Shown: positions 1 to 13,440, counted from the stretch's first letter. The stretch is 64,000 nt of DNA from Camelus dromedarius (GCF_036321535.1 NC_087437.1:10852001-10916000), one strand, 5' to 3'. The notes: a model not told the origin generated them from the sequence alone. Numbers and translations: made by a program.

Positions 1-3000
1 TTTGCCTCCTCCGTGCTCCCGCTGGGCCTGGAACGTTCCTCCTCCACTCTCACGTTTCCGCCATGAGCACTGGTGACGTGCAGCAGGGTGACCCGCTTAC
101 CCCTGCTGGGGTGGGGCACCCCCCGTTTTAAAACAGAAAGTCACATGTCAGTCTGGGACAAACCAGGACTGGTACGAGCTTTTGGACCAGGACTCAATTT
201 CAGCCAAAGGGCGCAGGCATTACACAGGGCCGGTGTGGCTCGCAGAAATGTTTTACTTGAGGAATAGGGTTTTATTTGATGTACAGAGATCCTTTTAGAA
301 GAGATGTGCCCTCCACAGCCGCAGGAAGTCCTGTGTATTCTGCTCTCTCTGGCTTTCACACCCCGACATCTTCACTCAGTCCCTGCTTCTAGGGGCCAAT
401 GAGAGATTTAAACCAGCTGCAATCTCTCTTTACATCTTGAAACGTGACTACAGGTATGTATGCCTTTCTCTGAGGCATGTTACTGACTACTAATGAGTAG
501 TCTTAAGCATAATATGCCTTTTGAGAGGATTTTTTTTAAAGAGAAATTCCTGAATTTCAAAAATCTCTCACATATGAGACCCACACAGGAAAATGCAGGA
601 GATAATGTGATCACTTGTCTCTCTTATGATCCATTTATATGTCTGCATAGTCCAAGTCGGGGCAACCCCAGCCACTCCAGAACGCCCAGCATCACGGTTT
701 CCAGTTCTGGTTGTAGAAAAACCTTACCCAGTAACCCCTGCATCTTGGAGGGCTGGTGTGCCCCCTGATCCTACTCATATCATCCCCTCCTCCCACACAA
801 CATTGTCCTCTCGTCCCTCTTTTAAAAAAATTAGTTGGGAAGTCAGAGTTCAAGATGACAGTCACATCCTGGTTTATAATAAATTTAGACCTTCTGAGAA
901 ATTCTGTCATGCTCTGCAACAGAAAAGGAGCAGATGCTTTACAGTTGGTGCTACTGGACACGCTGAGAAACACCAAGCGAAATTCTCCCATTTAATCTGT
1001 GGCACAGGGACAGTGCAGAGGAGCAGAGAGACCGCGCTCGCCGGGGACCGCCTGCCTGTGCTGAGGTTCCCTACGCGCAGGGTGATGACGTGCTCTGTGG
1101 TCTGTTCAGTCTCCAGCGTGGAACTCCAGACAAACAGACGAGGACGGCCCCACCGGGGTCTCCGATGGTTGCACTCCCATCCTTTAGGTGGACAAACAGC
1201 TCCCAAGTAATAGGATTTAAAATCAAAGCAGGGGTCACGTCACCAAGATGGTGACGTAGGTCCTTCCTGACTGCCCTCCCCTTACAAGAAGAACAATTAA
1301 CCACTCTTCAAGAGCAAGACACAGCTGAGAGAGTCCTGGAACGTGGGGTGAGGCTAAAACACTCCTGAACCCCAGAGACCAAGACAGACACACTGAAAGG
1401 TGAGAGAATCAGTACACGCTGACCACACAGCCCCTCCCCGAACAGCGCAGCAGACAGGTCACCCCTGATCCTGGGTTCCTCCAGCAGGAAAGGAGAGCCG
1501 GGGGGGACAAGCAGCCTCCCCAGCACGGTCAGTCACTCTGTGGGAGCCCCAGCTCCACTCTCACCACACAGCGACTGCAGGGGAATCTGTGGGCTCAACC
1601 CCTGGGAATCTGACTGTGATGGAGATGGGGGAGGGGCTGGCAACAACCGGCTCCCGGATCTTGGCAGGCTAAGTTCAGACCTGCAGGCCCGAGGAGTAAC
1701 CCCGAGCAGCAGCTTTGCTCAGCTGCAGAATCCAGTCAGGGGTGCACTCTGACCAGGGAACGCGGCACGGTCAGATCTGCCTGACTCGGATCTTTAAACG
1801 AGTTTTGCTCACCCTAAAACTTTGCCAGCCCTGTTTGGCCACATGCAGGCAAACAGCTTAGTCCCAGCCCCACCGGCTGTGGAGAGTACCTTCCAGCCCC
1901 CTCTGAGCAGATAGGCTGGTGACCACCCCTGGGGACTGTGCGGCCCTGTGGTGCTCAGGCCAAGAGGTGGTCGGGCAGAATGATATCCCCAGAGCAGAGC
2001 CAGAACCAGGCCTGCTACACTCAGGCAGGGGGGTTATCTCATAGCCAAGGCTGAGCGTAGCTGCTGACCCCACCCCATGAGAAAGCCTGTTTGGGAAATT
2101 GAGAGTAGCCTGGAGGGACCCCTTCCCATCCTCCCCAGATTTGAAAGAGCTGAGATACAGCCCCACCCACTGTGGGAAGGGACTTCTGACCCCGCCTGAC
2201 CAGTAGGGCAGAGGAAATCACCTAAAAGCGGTGCAGCCCAGTGGCACTCAAGCTAAGAGGGAGGCGGGCAGACAGAGCCAATAGTTTGCAGAGTGAAGCC
2301 AGTGGCCCTGCTCAGCCAGGGAGCTTGGGGTGAAGGTTGGCTCGAGTTAAGACAACAAAGAGCTTTATCAGTTTTAGAGTTGCTTCTCTCGCTGCGCCCG
2401 GGCAGGGAATCCACGTTGCAGCCCTGCTCATCTCTGCATGCAGCTTTCAGCCTGACCGACCAGGGAACCTAACCAGAGCACATGGGAGGCTGCATGGCCT
2501 TCAACAGCCCTGTGCAGGCTGTCCCTTCCACGAAGAGCACAGCCCGGGGCTTCGCCCACCTGCAGAGCAAAATCAGAGGGCTTATCTGGCCAGGGAATTC
2601 ACTGCACACTCAGGCCTGATTCAGGCCCCCACATAGCAGGCTATACAGGCCGTTGGCCCTGGCCTGCCGCCCTTTCAGGGTAGGAGGCTAAGTCATTGCC
2701 CCACCCACTACTGAATATAGTACCCCGTCCTGAACCTCCAGTCAGCCTGACCAGAGAATCCGGGCAACTGCGGAGCCCATCCTACTGCCTCCCTTGAGTA
2801 GGGAACCAAGTCAGCAATTGTATCCAACTGTTCTCAGCCAGTGGCGCACACCCTCAACCCCAGAGCGTGAGCAGTTGCCTTGCCCAAAAATGGACCATAA
2901 TAGCAAGTTCCACCTACCCAAAGACACTGCCGTCAGGCACACCCAGAAGCCCGAAAGGAGCTGACTGGTGAGGAACTTTCTCTGCCAAAGGTTTGCCAAA

Positions 3001-3049
3001 GCAAACCTATGAAAAGTCTGGAAGAGGTGCCCAGTTACTCAAGTGCACA

Positions 3050-3990
3050 GACACGAACGTAAGGAAGGATGGACCACAAAATGTCAGGTAAATACAGTAC
3101 CACCCAAGGAAAGTAATAAAGCTCCAGTAACTGAACCTAAAGAAATGGAGGTCTGTGAGCTGTGAGACAAAGAATTCAGAAAAATCCTTTTAAGGAAGTT
3201 TAGTGAACTACTAAAAACAAAACTAAACTTAATGAAATTAGGAAGACAATGCATGAACAAAATGAAGTTTGACAAGGAAATAGCAACCATTGGGAAAAAA
3301 AAAAAAAGCAAACAGAAATCCTAGAGTTGAAAAATACAATAACTAAGAAAAATAGAGTTTCAAAATAGACTCAGCCATGCAGAAGAAAGAATCAGAGGAT
3401 AGGACATTGGAAATTACCCATGCATAGGAGCAAAAAAACAGAATGAAAATGAGTGAAAAAAGCCTATGGAAATTATGAGACACAGTGAAAAGAAACAATA
3501 TTCGTGTTATAGGAATGCCAGAAAGAGAAGAGGGGAAGAGAAAGGGACAGAAAGTATGTTTAAAGCAATAATGGCTGAAAATTTCCCAAACCTTGGGAAA
3601 GAAACAGACGTCCAGATCCATGAGGCCCAAAGAACCGCACATAGGTTGAATCCAAATAGGTCTACACTGCAACACATTATAAATTGTCAAAAGTCAAAGG
3701 CAAAGAATTTCAAGAGCAGTAAGAGAAAAGATAGAAAGTTACACACAAGGCAACCCCATAAGACCATTTTGGGTGGATTTCTCAACAGAAACTTTTCAAG
3801 CTAAGAGAGAATGGGATAACATAGTCAAAATATTGAAAGAAAAATAACTGTTAATCAAGAATTCTATACCTGGTCAAACTGTCCTTCAGAAATGAAGGGA
3901 GGAGAGAGACTTTCACAAACAAACAAAAGCTGAGGGAGTTCATTGCCATCAGACCTGCCTTACAAGAAATGCTAAAGGGAGGTCATGAGT
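3050..3990 (+). pseudogene. L1 ORF1 remnant (frameshifts and stops)
   Basis: ORF 3466-3804 gives ...IMAENFPNLGKETDVQIHEAQRTAHRLNP..., typical of L1 ORF1p. The C-terminal RPALQEMLKG-like codons lie near 3950-3980. The start is approximate. Confidence 0.85.
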
Positions 3991-4411
3991 GGAAGTAAAA
4001 GAACTCTAATTAACACCTTAAAACACACAAAAAAAGTAGTGTAAATCTTAGTGATAATAGTAAATATATGGTCATAGTTAGATTCTGCAATATGGAAATA
4101 GTGGTGTGTAACTTACAAATCTAGTTTAAAAGTTTTTTTTTAAGTAGCAAAAATAAATACAACAATTTTTTATTAGCTACACAATAATTTTTTAATGTGA
4201 ATAGTCATAGCAATAACCTAAAATGTGAAAGGAAGAAGAAGTTAAAGTGTAGAGTACATGAATTCTGTTGACTTTGTTATCAGTTTGAAACAGAGTGTTA
4301 CAATTTTAAGATATTTTATGTAAGCCTCATAACAACTACAAGGAAAGATCTTACAGTAATTACACAAAAGAATACGATAAAGAAGTCAAAGCATACTGAC
4401 GCACATCAAAA

Positions 4412-4432
4412 CACACACACACACACACACAC
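4412..4432. repeat. (CA)n microsatellite inside L1
   Basis: Direct reading. Confidence 0.95.
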
Positions 4433-4496
4433 AAATTAAACAGCAAGATAAGAAACAAAAAACAATGAATCTACAGAATAACCAGAAAACAACAAA

Positions 4497-5110
4497 ATGG
4501 CAACAGTAAGTCCTTCTCTATTAGTAATTACTTTACCTGTAAATGAATTAAATTCTCCAATCAAGAGACATAGAAAGGCCGAATGGATTAAAAAGAAAAA
4601 AAACCCCACAAGATCCAACAAAATGCTTCCTGCAAGAGACTCACGTTAGCCTTAAAGACAGACATAGACTGAGAGTAAAGGTATGGAAAGAGATATTTCA
4701 AGCAAATGGTAACCAAAAAAGAAAAAAGCAGGGGTAGCTATACTTATATCAGACAAAATAGACTTTAAACAAAAATGGTAAAAAGAGACATGGTCATTAT
4801 ATAATGATAAAGGCATCAATACATCAAGAAGATATAACAATTATAATAATTTTGTGCCCAATGTTGGAGGACTTAAATACATATATACATATAAATACCA
4901 CAAAAAATATAACAGAGCTAAAAGAAGAAATAAACAGTAATACAGTAATAGTTGGATGAATGGATAAAGAAGAAGTTGTGGTATATAGATACCATGGAAC
5001 ATTATTTAGCCATAAAAAATGAGGAAATCCTACCATTTGTGACAACACAGATGAACCCTGAAGGCATTATGTTAAGCGAAGTAAGTCAGAGAAAGGCAAA
5101 CACTGTATGG
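4497..5110 (+). pseudogene. L1 ORF2 remnant: endonuclease N-terminus fused to the extreme C-terminus
   Basis: ATG at 4497 is followed by degenerate ITL.VN.LNSPIKRHR..EWIKK, LQETH and GVAILISDKIDFK. At ~4956 it jumps to DEWIKKKLWYIDTMEHYLAIKNEEILPF. Confidence 0.85.
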
Positions 5111-5959
5111 TGTCACTTATATGTAGGATTTATATGACAAGATGGATGTTGGTTGAACCTAGTGTGGCCATCATTTCATAATATATGTAGATCAAACCAT
5201 CATGCTGTACACCTTAAATTTACACATTAATATATGTCGATTATTTCTCAATGAAACTGGAAAAAAAAGTCAAAGCAATTTATGGACAGTTATTGAAAAC
5301 CAATGATGAGAAACTCCAGAAGCTATTATCAATCCAAAAAAGACCCCATTCACTTTAAGCAATAATGAGAAAATTATTTTAAATTTAAGCATGACTGTAC
5401 ATTTTGATTTAAATGTAAAACATCTGTCCATATTAAAGAATCCCCCAAATCTCATGTGTTCTTAGTAGTGTGTAATAAGATATCAAGATATACTTGATCT
5501 GTTCAGATTTGGGCTGTTGGATTTTGGGGGAAATGATAATATTTAGTTATTGTTTGGGATTTTTTTAACTAGTTGAATAAGAGGGAGAAAAAGTAGATTT
5601 GTATAAAAATTATGTTTTTTACTATAAAAATAAAATGTGTATAAAATGAGCGTATGTATAAAGTAGGCTTACATAAAAATGCTGCAATACAAAATAACAA
5701 AGACTATACATATTAAATTCCCAAAATGTTTGTAACCAAGTGAACTTGATTTGTTTTATGGATTAAGAGGTCAAGGAGTAAGTTCCTAGGTCAGCAGAGT
5801 CAAGGGAAATCAAAAATGCACACTAGTTAAGAAGGATAGAAATTTTGTCCGAATGGTAATATTACGATTTATAGCAAGAGGTTGCGAGTGGAGCCTCCAT
5901 TTGGGGAAGATGAATAGGGAACTGTAATTCCTTCTGAGGCAGAGTCTATAAATTATGCC

Positions 5960-6900
5960 TAATATCCATTCTCTCTTTCTTCCTTTTATAAATGGAACCA
6001 TTGGAGTTTTATCTTGGCATGTGGCCATTTAGCTGGAAACTAAATTCCCCAGTCTCCCTGTGATGGGTTGATTTTTTTTAATGGTCCCAATTCTTAGTCT
6101 GTCTGATATCCACATCTTTTGCAGCTTCTTCCATGAAAAGGTGGAACCTTTTTACCCCGCCCATTGAATCAGAGCTGGCCTCGTGACTTGCTTTGGCCAG
6201 CAGACTCTGGTGGAAGCGATCTTGCTCCCTTCCCGGCTCTCTTGGAACCCTTCCATGCTTGGAGAGTGAGCCCCAGGCTAGCCTGCTGGAGGAGGAGAGA
6301 CCAGGTGCACGAGAGCTGAGACAGTCCTAGACCAGCCCCCGCCCAGCGTCCGAGATCGCCCAGCCAAGGTCAGCAGAGCCACCTACGCGATGCGCAGCTG
6401 ATGGCAGGTGCATGCAGCCACCCAGCCGAGGCTAGATAAACTGCCCACCTGATCACCATATTCGTAAGCGATAATAGATGGTATTGATTTAAGCCACAAA
6501 AGTTGGAAGTGCTTTGTCACAGAGCACTAACTAGTGATACCTTCCTTTACCATCAGGTGTAGCCGTGAACTAAATTCTAGCCTAAGGAAGTGAACAGAAG
6601 TGATGGGAGCAAATTCTAGATCTCACCCCGTGGGGGGCAGCTGCTCTGCCTCCACCTCCTCGTCACGCCCTCCGTGGTCTGGAGGTGGGGGTGGTGCCGG
6701 GGAGCCTGGGGGGACCAGCTGGGACCCTGCGGACAAGGGCAGCACCCAAGAGAAGGTGGAGCAGCCACAAGACAGAGAAACCCCAGCACGTGGAGATCTG
6801 AGCGCTCGGCTACACCCCAGCAGAGATGTCTGGGTCTGCTAGCCTCACTCATAATTTTTTTCTCATGAGTGTGTATTACTTTGGAAATCAGAAAGAAGGT
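5960..6900 (+). mobile_element. Nested MaLR (MLT1-type) LTRs: inner LTR 6059-6540 inside an older MLT1
   Basis: Inner element runs TGTGATGG...TTTAAGCCAC...TGATAC with flanks CTCCC/CTTCC. The outer pieces (TTCCCCAGTCTCCC | TTTACCATCAGGTGTAGCCGTGAACTAAATTCTAGCC) read as one interrupted MLT1. Confidence 0.65.
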
Positions 6901-7015
6901 GAACGTCGGAATGGGGTAGACGGCTTCGGTAGGAAGTTCTCTCCACGAGAGTTGTCTTAAAAGGAGAAAGAGAAAATGGGACAGTATTTTGACAGAGATG
7001 TTTTCAAACCTCAAA

Positions 7016-7187
7016 GGCGGAGGGAGGGTGTAGCTCAGTGGTAGAGCGCAAACTTAGCATGCACGAGGCCCTGGGTTCAATCCCCACTACCTCCAGTAAT
7101 TAAATAAATAAACAAACAAACAAACAAACCTGATTGCTTCCCCCCTGCCAAAAACAGAACAAATTTTTAAAAATTAAAAAACCCAAA
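7016..7187 (+). mobile_element. tRNA-derived SINE (camelid Vic-1 type)
   Basis: A box TAGCTCAGTGG, B box GGTTCAATCCC, (TAAA/CAAA)n-CCTGATTGCTTCCCCC-A-rich tail; TSD AAACCTCAAA/AAACCACAAA. Confidence 0.85.
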
Positions 7188-7274
7188 AAACCACAAATAA
7201 GAGGTTTGAAGAATGAAGGCCCCTAGAGCCTACTTACAATGATGAAAACAGCCTGAAAAAGAAAGATTGAGTAA

Positions 7275-7365
7275 GAATCTAGTCTTACGACTCAAAGCAC
7301 CGGCATCATGGGGAGCATGTTAGAAATGCAGAGCCCCAGGCCCGGCCCAGACCGGCTGGGGCTTC
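7275..7365. mobile_element. MER5-like hAT MITE fragment
   Basis: CATCATGGGGAGCATGTTAGAAATGCAGAGCCCCAGGCCC resembles the MER5 core. Confidence 0.5.
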
Positions 7366-8589
7366 TGTTTTCTGCGCAGAGAATGAAGCAGGCACGCCTT
7401 CTAGGAGACAGGCAGAGAATGTGGGAGGGTGTCCAAGAGAAGAGAGATCAAATGGTCATCTCAGAAAGGGGAGAGTGACCGGTGTGGGCCCCCGCGTGCA
7501 AACGTGAGCCCAGGAGCTGAAACTCTGGGCCAGCTTGGCCCGCGGTCCCCAGCTCGGCTGTGTGCCGGGTGCTCTGGCCTGGGGAGAAGACAGCGGACGG
7601 GCAACTGAGAGGGCTGTGCTGGGCCAAGAGAAGGACAGGAGAACAGAGGAACGGATTGAGTCATGGGCCCCGAAGGCCATCCTGGCAGTGGGGGTCAAAG
7701 GCAAGGAAGAGTGGAAAGTGGTGAAGATGGATTTCATAATGCGCAGTCTGGCGTCCACACGTCCCTGGGCGACAGACTTCAGGGTTAGTTATTGACAAGA
7801 CAGTCAGGCACCTGTAACTGACCCGGATGCCCTCTACTCTTTGATAAAAGGTTTACCTCCACAGGATTCCGGTTCTGGGTGCAGTTTGGGGGTGCGTGCC
7901 ACTGCCTCTGCTGGCGTTGAAATCTGAGGGAGTCTGTGTTCCGAGTTCCTGGTGAAGGTAATCCCAGGTGCCCTGAGAAGGGAGGAAGAGAAGGGTTCCC
8001 GTCTTGACACTGAGTCCTTCTCTAGTCCCTGGGGTCAGCCCCGTACAAGAGGCCCATCCACCTCTGGTTTACAGGGGAGGATACAGACACACAAAGCTGA
8101 GTGACTCGCCCAAGGTCGCCCAGGACAGACCCTCCGGGGATTCCGAGCCTCCCCCCTGCACCTCCCGTCACTTCTGGTTGATGGTCACAGTGCACAGGGA
8201 CCCCCAGGCCAGCACCCACATTCTAAAGTTCTGGCCGCCTTTCGTTTAACTGACAAAGTTGACTAGACCCCTGGGTCGTGCGCCCCAGGGGGTGAGGTGA
8301 CTTGCTGAAGGTGGCGGTGCTCAAGCATATGGTAGGATTTCTTATCTGTAGATGAAAAAAAAGTCTTGGATTTCTGATCAGGGAGAATTTCTTTTAGAAG
8401 TTCTTGTGCAAAAGGCTTGAGATTCTATAAAGCTGTGAAAAGCCTGTGCTTCGGGGCAACAGACGTTGATTTCTGAAGCAGAGCAATTAGAGCTTCTTTT
8501 TCTCCTCTGACGGCTCATTTTAATTTTGCGTTTGATGAAAAAGAAGGGTGACCTGCTGGGACAGGATTCCGTATCATCGTCATCATCAC

Positions 8590-8825
8590 TATTATTATCA
8601 CCACGGAGACGACCACAGCACAGGGCGTGGAACACACTGTATAAACATGTATAATCTCATTTAATCCTTCCTAGAGCCCCCCAAGATGCGTATTTTCCTC
8701 GTCATACAGTTGTGGAAACTGACCAGACGTTTTCACAGATCCAAGTCTTGGTAACTGTGAAGGAGCAGAGCCGGGTCTCAAACCCTTATCTGTGTGGGTG
8801 TGACTCTGGAGCGCTGAGGCACCAT
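8590..8825 (+). mobile_element. MIR SINE
   Basis: ATCTCATTTAATCCT...GGAAACTGA...GCAGAGCCGGGTCTCAAACCC...TGACTC core. Confidence 0.7.
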
Positions 8826-9129
8826 GGACACCACCAGCCCCAGGAAACACGATGAACGTCACTGTGAATTTACTAGTTGGTGAAGGAGGGAGTTCCTGGG
8901 TTTCTACAGCCAGAGCCCTTGAACCTTGTGTGAGATGAATCAGGTAAAACAAAATACTGCCTACAGCTCCATGGGATTTAATAGCCCCCCCCCCACCCCC
9001 AAGGAAAACAAGGAGGACGCAGCGGAAGGAAGTGAGAGGTGTCCTCCTCCCAGTCAGTCTGGAGAGCACGGGGCCACCAGCCACCCAGCCAGCCAGCCCC
9101 GCGGCCCTTGTCTGCCTTCTGATGGCAGG

Positions 9130-9222
9130 TTTCTGCTTCTTTCTTTTCTTTCTTTCTTTCTTTCCTTTCTTTCCTTTCTTTCTTTCCTCCTTTCTTTCCT
9201 CCTTTCTTTCTTTCTTTCTTTC

Positions 9223-9293
<71 letters not shown>

Positions 9294-9352
9294 CTTTCTT
9301 TCTCTCTCTTTCTTACTCCCTTCCTTCCTTCTTTCCTTTCTTTCCCATCCCC
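9130..9352. repeat. (TTTC)n / polypyrimidine compound microsatellite
   Basis: Direct reading. Confidence 0.97.
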
Positions 9353-9707
9353 ATGGGAAGTTTTCTAGTCCTTTTATAGCTGAATTTAGTAGAAAAACAG
9401 TGTTTATTCATGTCACAGCCAGTTTGGCCAGAGCACATCTCTGGTCCCTAAAATAATGCATTGATGCATTCAAGATTCAGAATGGCAGGCACAGTCCTTG
9501 CGGACGGTGGTTATGTCAGGCTGGATAAAATTAAAATATCACTTTCCTTTTTCTTTCCTGTGGATTTGCTCGAGTTGCCCTCGTTAGCCAGCACTGGTGC
9601 TCTTGGGAGAAGGGCCAGGCTTCGGAATCAAGGCCTGGCCGGTCTAACCTCATCAAGCTGCAGCCGAAACCAGACGGAGGTGCGTGTGACCATTAAGTGG
9701 CCTCCCC

Positions 9708-9711
<4 letters not shown>

Positions 9712-9752
<41 letters not shown>

Positions 9753-9769
9753 GTCTCACACACACACAC
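9712..9769. repeat. (CT)n-(CA)n compound microsatellite
   Basis: Direct reading. Confidence 0.95.
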
Positions 9770-11714
9770 AATCTGGCTTCCTTTCTGCCACTTTACAGGC
9801 TCCACTCACTCAAACCCACTCGCTCATCACCAAAGCCAACACCATCTCCTAGAAGCCCACCCTTAGGCCCCCAGAGCGTTTCGTGCTGTGACCCTCCTTC
9901 CTGAGCTTCTTCCCCCCCTCCACCCCCCCGCTCAGGTCTGGTTCCCACGGGCCCCCCAGGCAGCCTTTCACCCTCGGAATGTCTCCGACCCAGGGTTTCC
10001 TGCCCCACCTTCCCACCTTCCCTCCCGTGTGATGGTCTCACCTCAGCGGCTTTCTGACGACCTCTCCATCACTCAGCCGGCAGCTCTCACAGCATCAGCT
10101 CTAAATTCCCCGCTTCCTGCTGAAAATCGTTACCAGGAATTCCCACCCGCACAGCACGCTGTGTTTTTTTTTAAGCTGAACTCACGAGCTCAGCGTGCCT
10201 CCATGGCATCCGTAAACCATGTACAGTCTCAGGAGAACCGCGGAGAGAAAAGACAAAGTTCCTCCAACAGGAGACACATCGGCCTGATACCGTGTACATT
10301 TGTCCCCCAGCTGAAAACAGTTCCCCGCTCCGGACCGCGGCACAGGCAGAGCGCGTGGGCTTGGGATCAGAAGAGCTGGGGCCCGGGCAGGTCACATCAC
10401 TGCCCTCGCCCGCGTGTGCCTGTCTACACACTGGAAATAAAAACACCCCGCTTGTTCCTGTCCTGTGTTCTCAACCCAGAAATAGGAAAGGATTAAAATG
10501 TAATTAGAGGAAGAGAAAAGAAAAAGAAAATGAGTTAAACAGGAGGGAGGGCAGAAACTCTGGATCAGTGGAGACTGAGGGGTTTTTCCCAAAGTTATTG
10601 ATTCTGGTGAAATTCATTTCAGATATTTCATCAGTGCTCATGTGTAGGCGACATGCCCCCACACCCCGCCACCTTCATACCGCTAGCAGGGCACACACGG
10701 AAAACAGGAGCAGCGACCGCTTCCCAGGATTTAGGTTAACTGGGAAGAAAACTTTTTATCACCGACCTTTAGCGTTGTGTGGATTTTATCCCTTTGCAAT
10801 GACTATATTTTCAAAAAATTAAAAGCCACCAACCAAACAGCAACACAAAACTCCCTCCAGCAAACAGTTGGAGGACCATTAGGCAACCCGTCTTCACCCC
10901 AAGTTCACCTTCTCTTTTGATAATAATAAACCAAAATGAGCTCCTAAAGATGCACGGAAACACCGTCTGTAACCTCGTCACCCCCAGACAGCCTCACTGC
11001 AGTGTGAGCCTCACTTCTGACCGACGGCAGGATGCCAAGAAACGGGCTCTGGTCCCCGGCACTGGAGGCTCCAGACTGCCAAGGGGTTAACTGAACTGAA
11101 GTGAGAGCATCGGGTGGGTTCCAGCCTTGCCCCAGCACTGACCGGCCTTCACTTCTCTGCAGTTCACTGTTCTCTTCTATAAAATGTGACTTACAAGATA
11201 GTTCGGATCCTCTGAGCTGTGGTCCTGTGTCAGCAAAGTAATTAGACTCACACTCTCCCCAAAGACGCAGCAGACCACAGCCTGTCCCCACTCCCACCGG
11301 CTCAGAGAGCCTGAAATTCTCATGCTGAGCCTGCCTTCTTCGCTTCTGGTGTTAGTTCTCGAAAAGCCTCCCAGCCGCACCCAGGTTAGACCACGTGTTC
11401 TCCAGAGGGCATCTGCAGCCCCAGGGGACGGGGCAATGATCCGGGGTAGCTCGCTGACAAAAGCTTATTTCCATAGTTGAGTGCTTCTGTGTATTATGTT
11501 ATTTCTGCTCATACCTGTGTCTTTTCTGTATTACGTTTACCATTAACACTCCTACGCCACGTGATGCTGGCTTTCCATTTACAGTATAGAGAGTTACGGT
11601 CTTGCTAAAATCTGCCTGCTAGTAGCCAACAAATAGTGGTCTAGGTGGAATATTATTCTGAGAGCAGCCACAGAGGTGGTTTGAAAAATGACCTGGAGTT
11701 TGAGGAACACTGAC

Positions 11715-12072
11715 CGATTCTTGTTGAATTGTGTCCTCCTGAAATTCGTTTGTTTAAGTCCTAACCCCCACTGCCTCAGAATGTGACCTTATTTGGAAAT
11801 AGGGTTCTTGCAGATGTAATTTCATAAAATAAGTAAATAGGGTGGGTCCCTCTTCACTCCATTATGACTGGTGTCCTTATGAAAAGGGGACACGCATAGG
11901 GAGAGCTCCATGTGAGGACTGGAGCAGCTGGGAGACAGGCCTGGAACACGTCCTGGCCCAGCATCTTCACTGGGAGCCCGACCCCACCAGCACCTTCCAG
12001 AACCATGAGACAGTGCGCTCTGCATCCGCGCCCAGTCTGTGCTGCTGTTACAGCAGCCCCAGACCAGGGCAC
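11715..12072 (+). mobile_element. MaLR MLT1 LTR (MLT1B/C-like)
   Basis: GTTGAATTGTGTCC...CCTCAGAATGTGACCTTATTTGGAAATAGGG...TTCCAGAACCATGAGA...TGTTACAGCAGCCC. Confidence 0.85.
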
Positions 12073-12869
12073 CAGCCCGGGAGATGGAGCAGGAGGGCAT
12101 GAGGTCGGAATAACTCATGGAAGCAAGGCCATGTCCCCAGCCGGCCGAGCCGGCTGTTGCTGTGAGCATCCATGGAGGTTGTCTGCATGAAAGGGCTTTG
12201 AAATTTGAAAAGCAGTGAGAGACCACCAAATATTTGCTGAGGACTTCCTAGGTGGGTGATAGTGAGGGCAATACAGGAGTGCTTAAAACCGTTTCCTTCC
12301 TGGAACATTTACTTTATATGCTTGTCAAGAACCACCACCAAAAGATGTATGTATGTTCGACAACGTACAGTTGAATTGAACAAAAAGCTAGGGTGTGCAG
12401 ACAAGAGAGGCATTGCTGTCATCTGGAGAGTCAGGGAAGGCTTCCTGGCCCTTGACTATGAACAAAGATGCAGGGCCAGGTGGGGCCAACCTGAGCCGGA
12501 AGCCCAAGAATTCCGGGTTAGAATGAATGGGGAGGAAACCAGACGAGGGGGAAGCCCGGACACCAGCAGGAGGGCTCTGTCCACAACAGACTCGGGGCCT
12601 CTGGACTACAGGCAGCGGAGCCCACTGGAGCCACCAGAGACGTCAGCCCAGCGACGGCAGGGCCTGAGCTCAGTGGTGCTGAGAGGCAGGGGACCTGAGG
12701 GGCCCAGGGAGGGCCTCTGAGAATGACGGGATGGCCTGGAGGTGAAACTGCTGGAAAATGTGAGTGGTGACAACATGAAGTAAATGGAGGGCTTGGTCGA
12801 AGGTCCTTAAAATGACTCGGAGGAACCTAATCTTGTTCGTCAGTGACTGGGAGCTTTGCGGGCTTTAGT

Positions 12870-13040
12870 CCATTGGATGTTCACAAACCCTTGTGCGCCG
12901 AGGGCTGTCCCCCTGCCCCTGGTTTATAGGTGGGAAAACGGGCTAAGAAGGGTTAATTAACTTGGCTAGTTTCCTGCAGCTGAGCGTTGTGGAACTGGAA
13001 TTCAAACCCAGGACTTCCAGCCCCAAAGCCTAGAGAGTCT
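12870..13040 (+). mobile_element. MIR SINE
   Basis: GGGAAAACGGGCT...GGTTAATTAACTTG...GGAATTCAAACCCAGG...CCAAAGCC. Confidence 0.6.
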
Positions 13041-13084
13041 ATTCAAGGACATATTTAATAACAAGTCAATACAAGGACTCTTGA

Positions 13085-13440
13085 ACTCTTTTTTTTCCCC
13101 ATTTATTTCAAACTTCTGATACATGCAATAAAATGCACAGATCTGGGATGTTGAATTTGATGAATTTTGACAATTGCATACATCTGTGTAACCACTGACC
13201 AAAACAAGATGTAAAACATTTCATTCATCCCAGAAAATTCCTTTATGCTCCCTTCCTGTCAGTCCCTCTGCGGACCCCCAGGGAGCACAGTCTGATTTCC
13301 ATCTCCACGGTTTGCCTGCTGTAAATTCCGTGCGGGTGGAGTATGTGATCTTCTGGGCCTGGCTTCTCTCACTCAGCACGTTTTGAGGATTCATCCATGT
13401 TACTGCATGTATCAATAATTCAGAGCTCTGTTTAACTCTG
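13085..13440 (-). mobile_element. Ancient L1 (L1ME-type) 3' end
   Basis: AATAAAATGCACAGATC...TGAATTTTGACAATTGCATACATCTGTGTAACCAC...CTGGCTTCTCTCACTCAGCA. Confidence 0.8.

Larger units (their letters stand above)
1231..5265 (+). mobile_element. LINE-1 with 5'UTR, degenerate ORF1, endonuclease part of ORF2, large internal deletion and 3' end
   Basis: Starts GGGGTCACGTCACCAAGATGG (L1-type 5' end) and ends CTCAATGAAACTGG-A8. Flanked by a near-perfect TSD, AAAATCAAAGCA (1219-1230) / AAAGTCAAAGCA (5266-5277), at a TTT/AAAA site. Confidence 0.9.

Noticed and set aside
7020..7095. tRNA-like sequence with A and B boxes (also at 29865, 33220, 37280)
   Set aside because: SINE heads with A-rich tails and TSDs; not tRNA genes.
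8926..9456. 176-aa and 115-aa ORFs with hydrophobic FLS repeats
   Set aside because: Read-through of the (TTTC)n tract; not a membrane protein.
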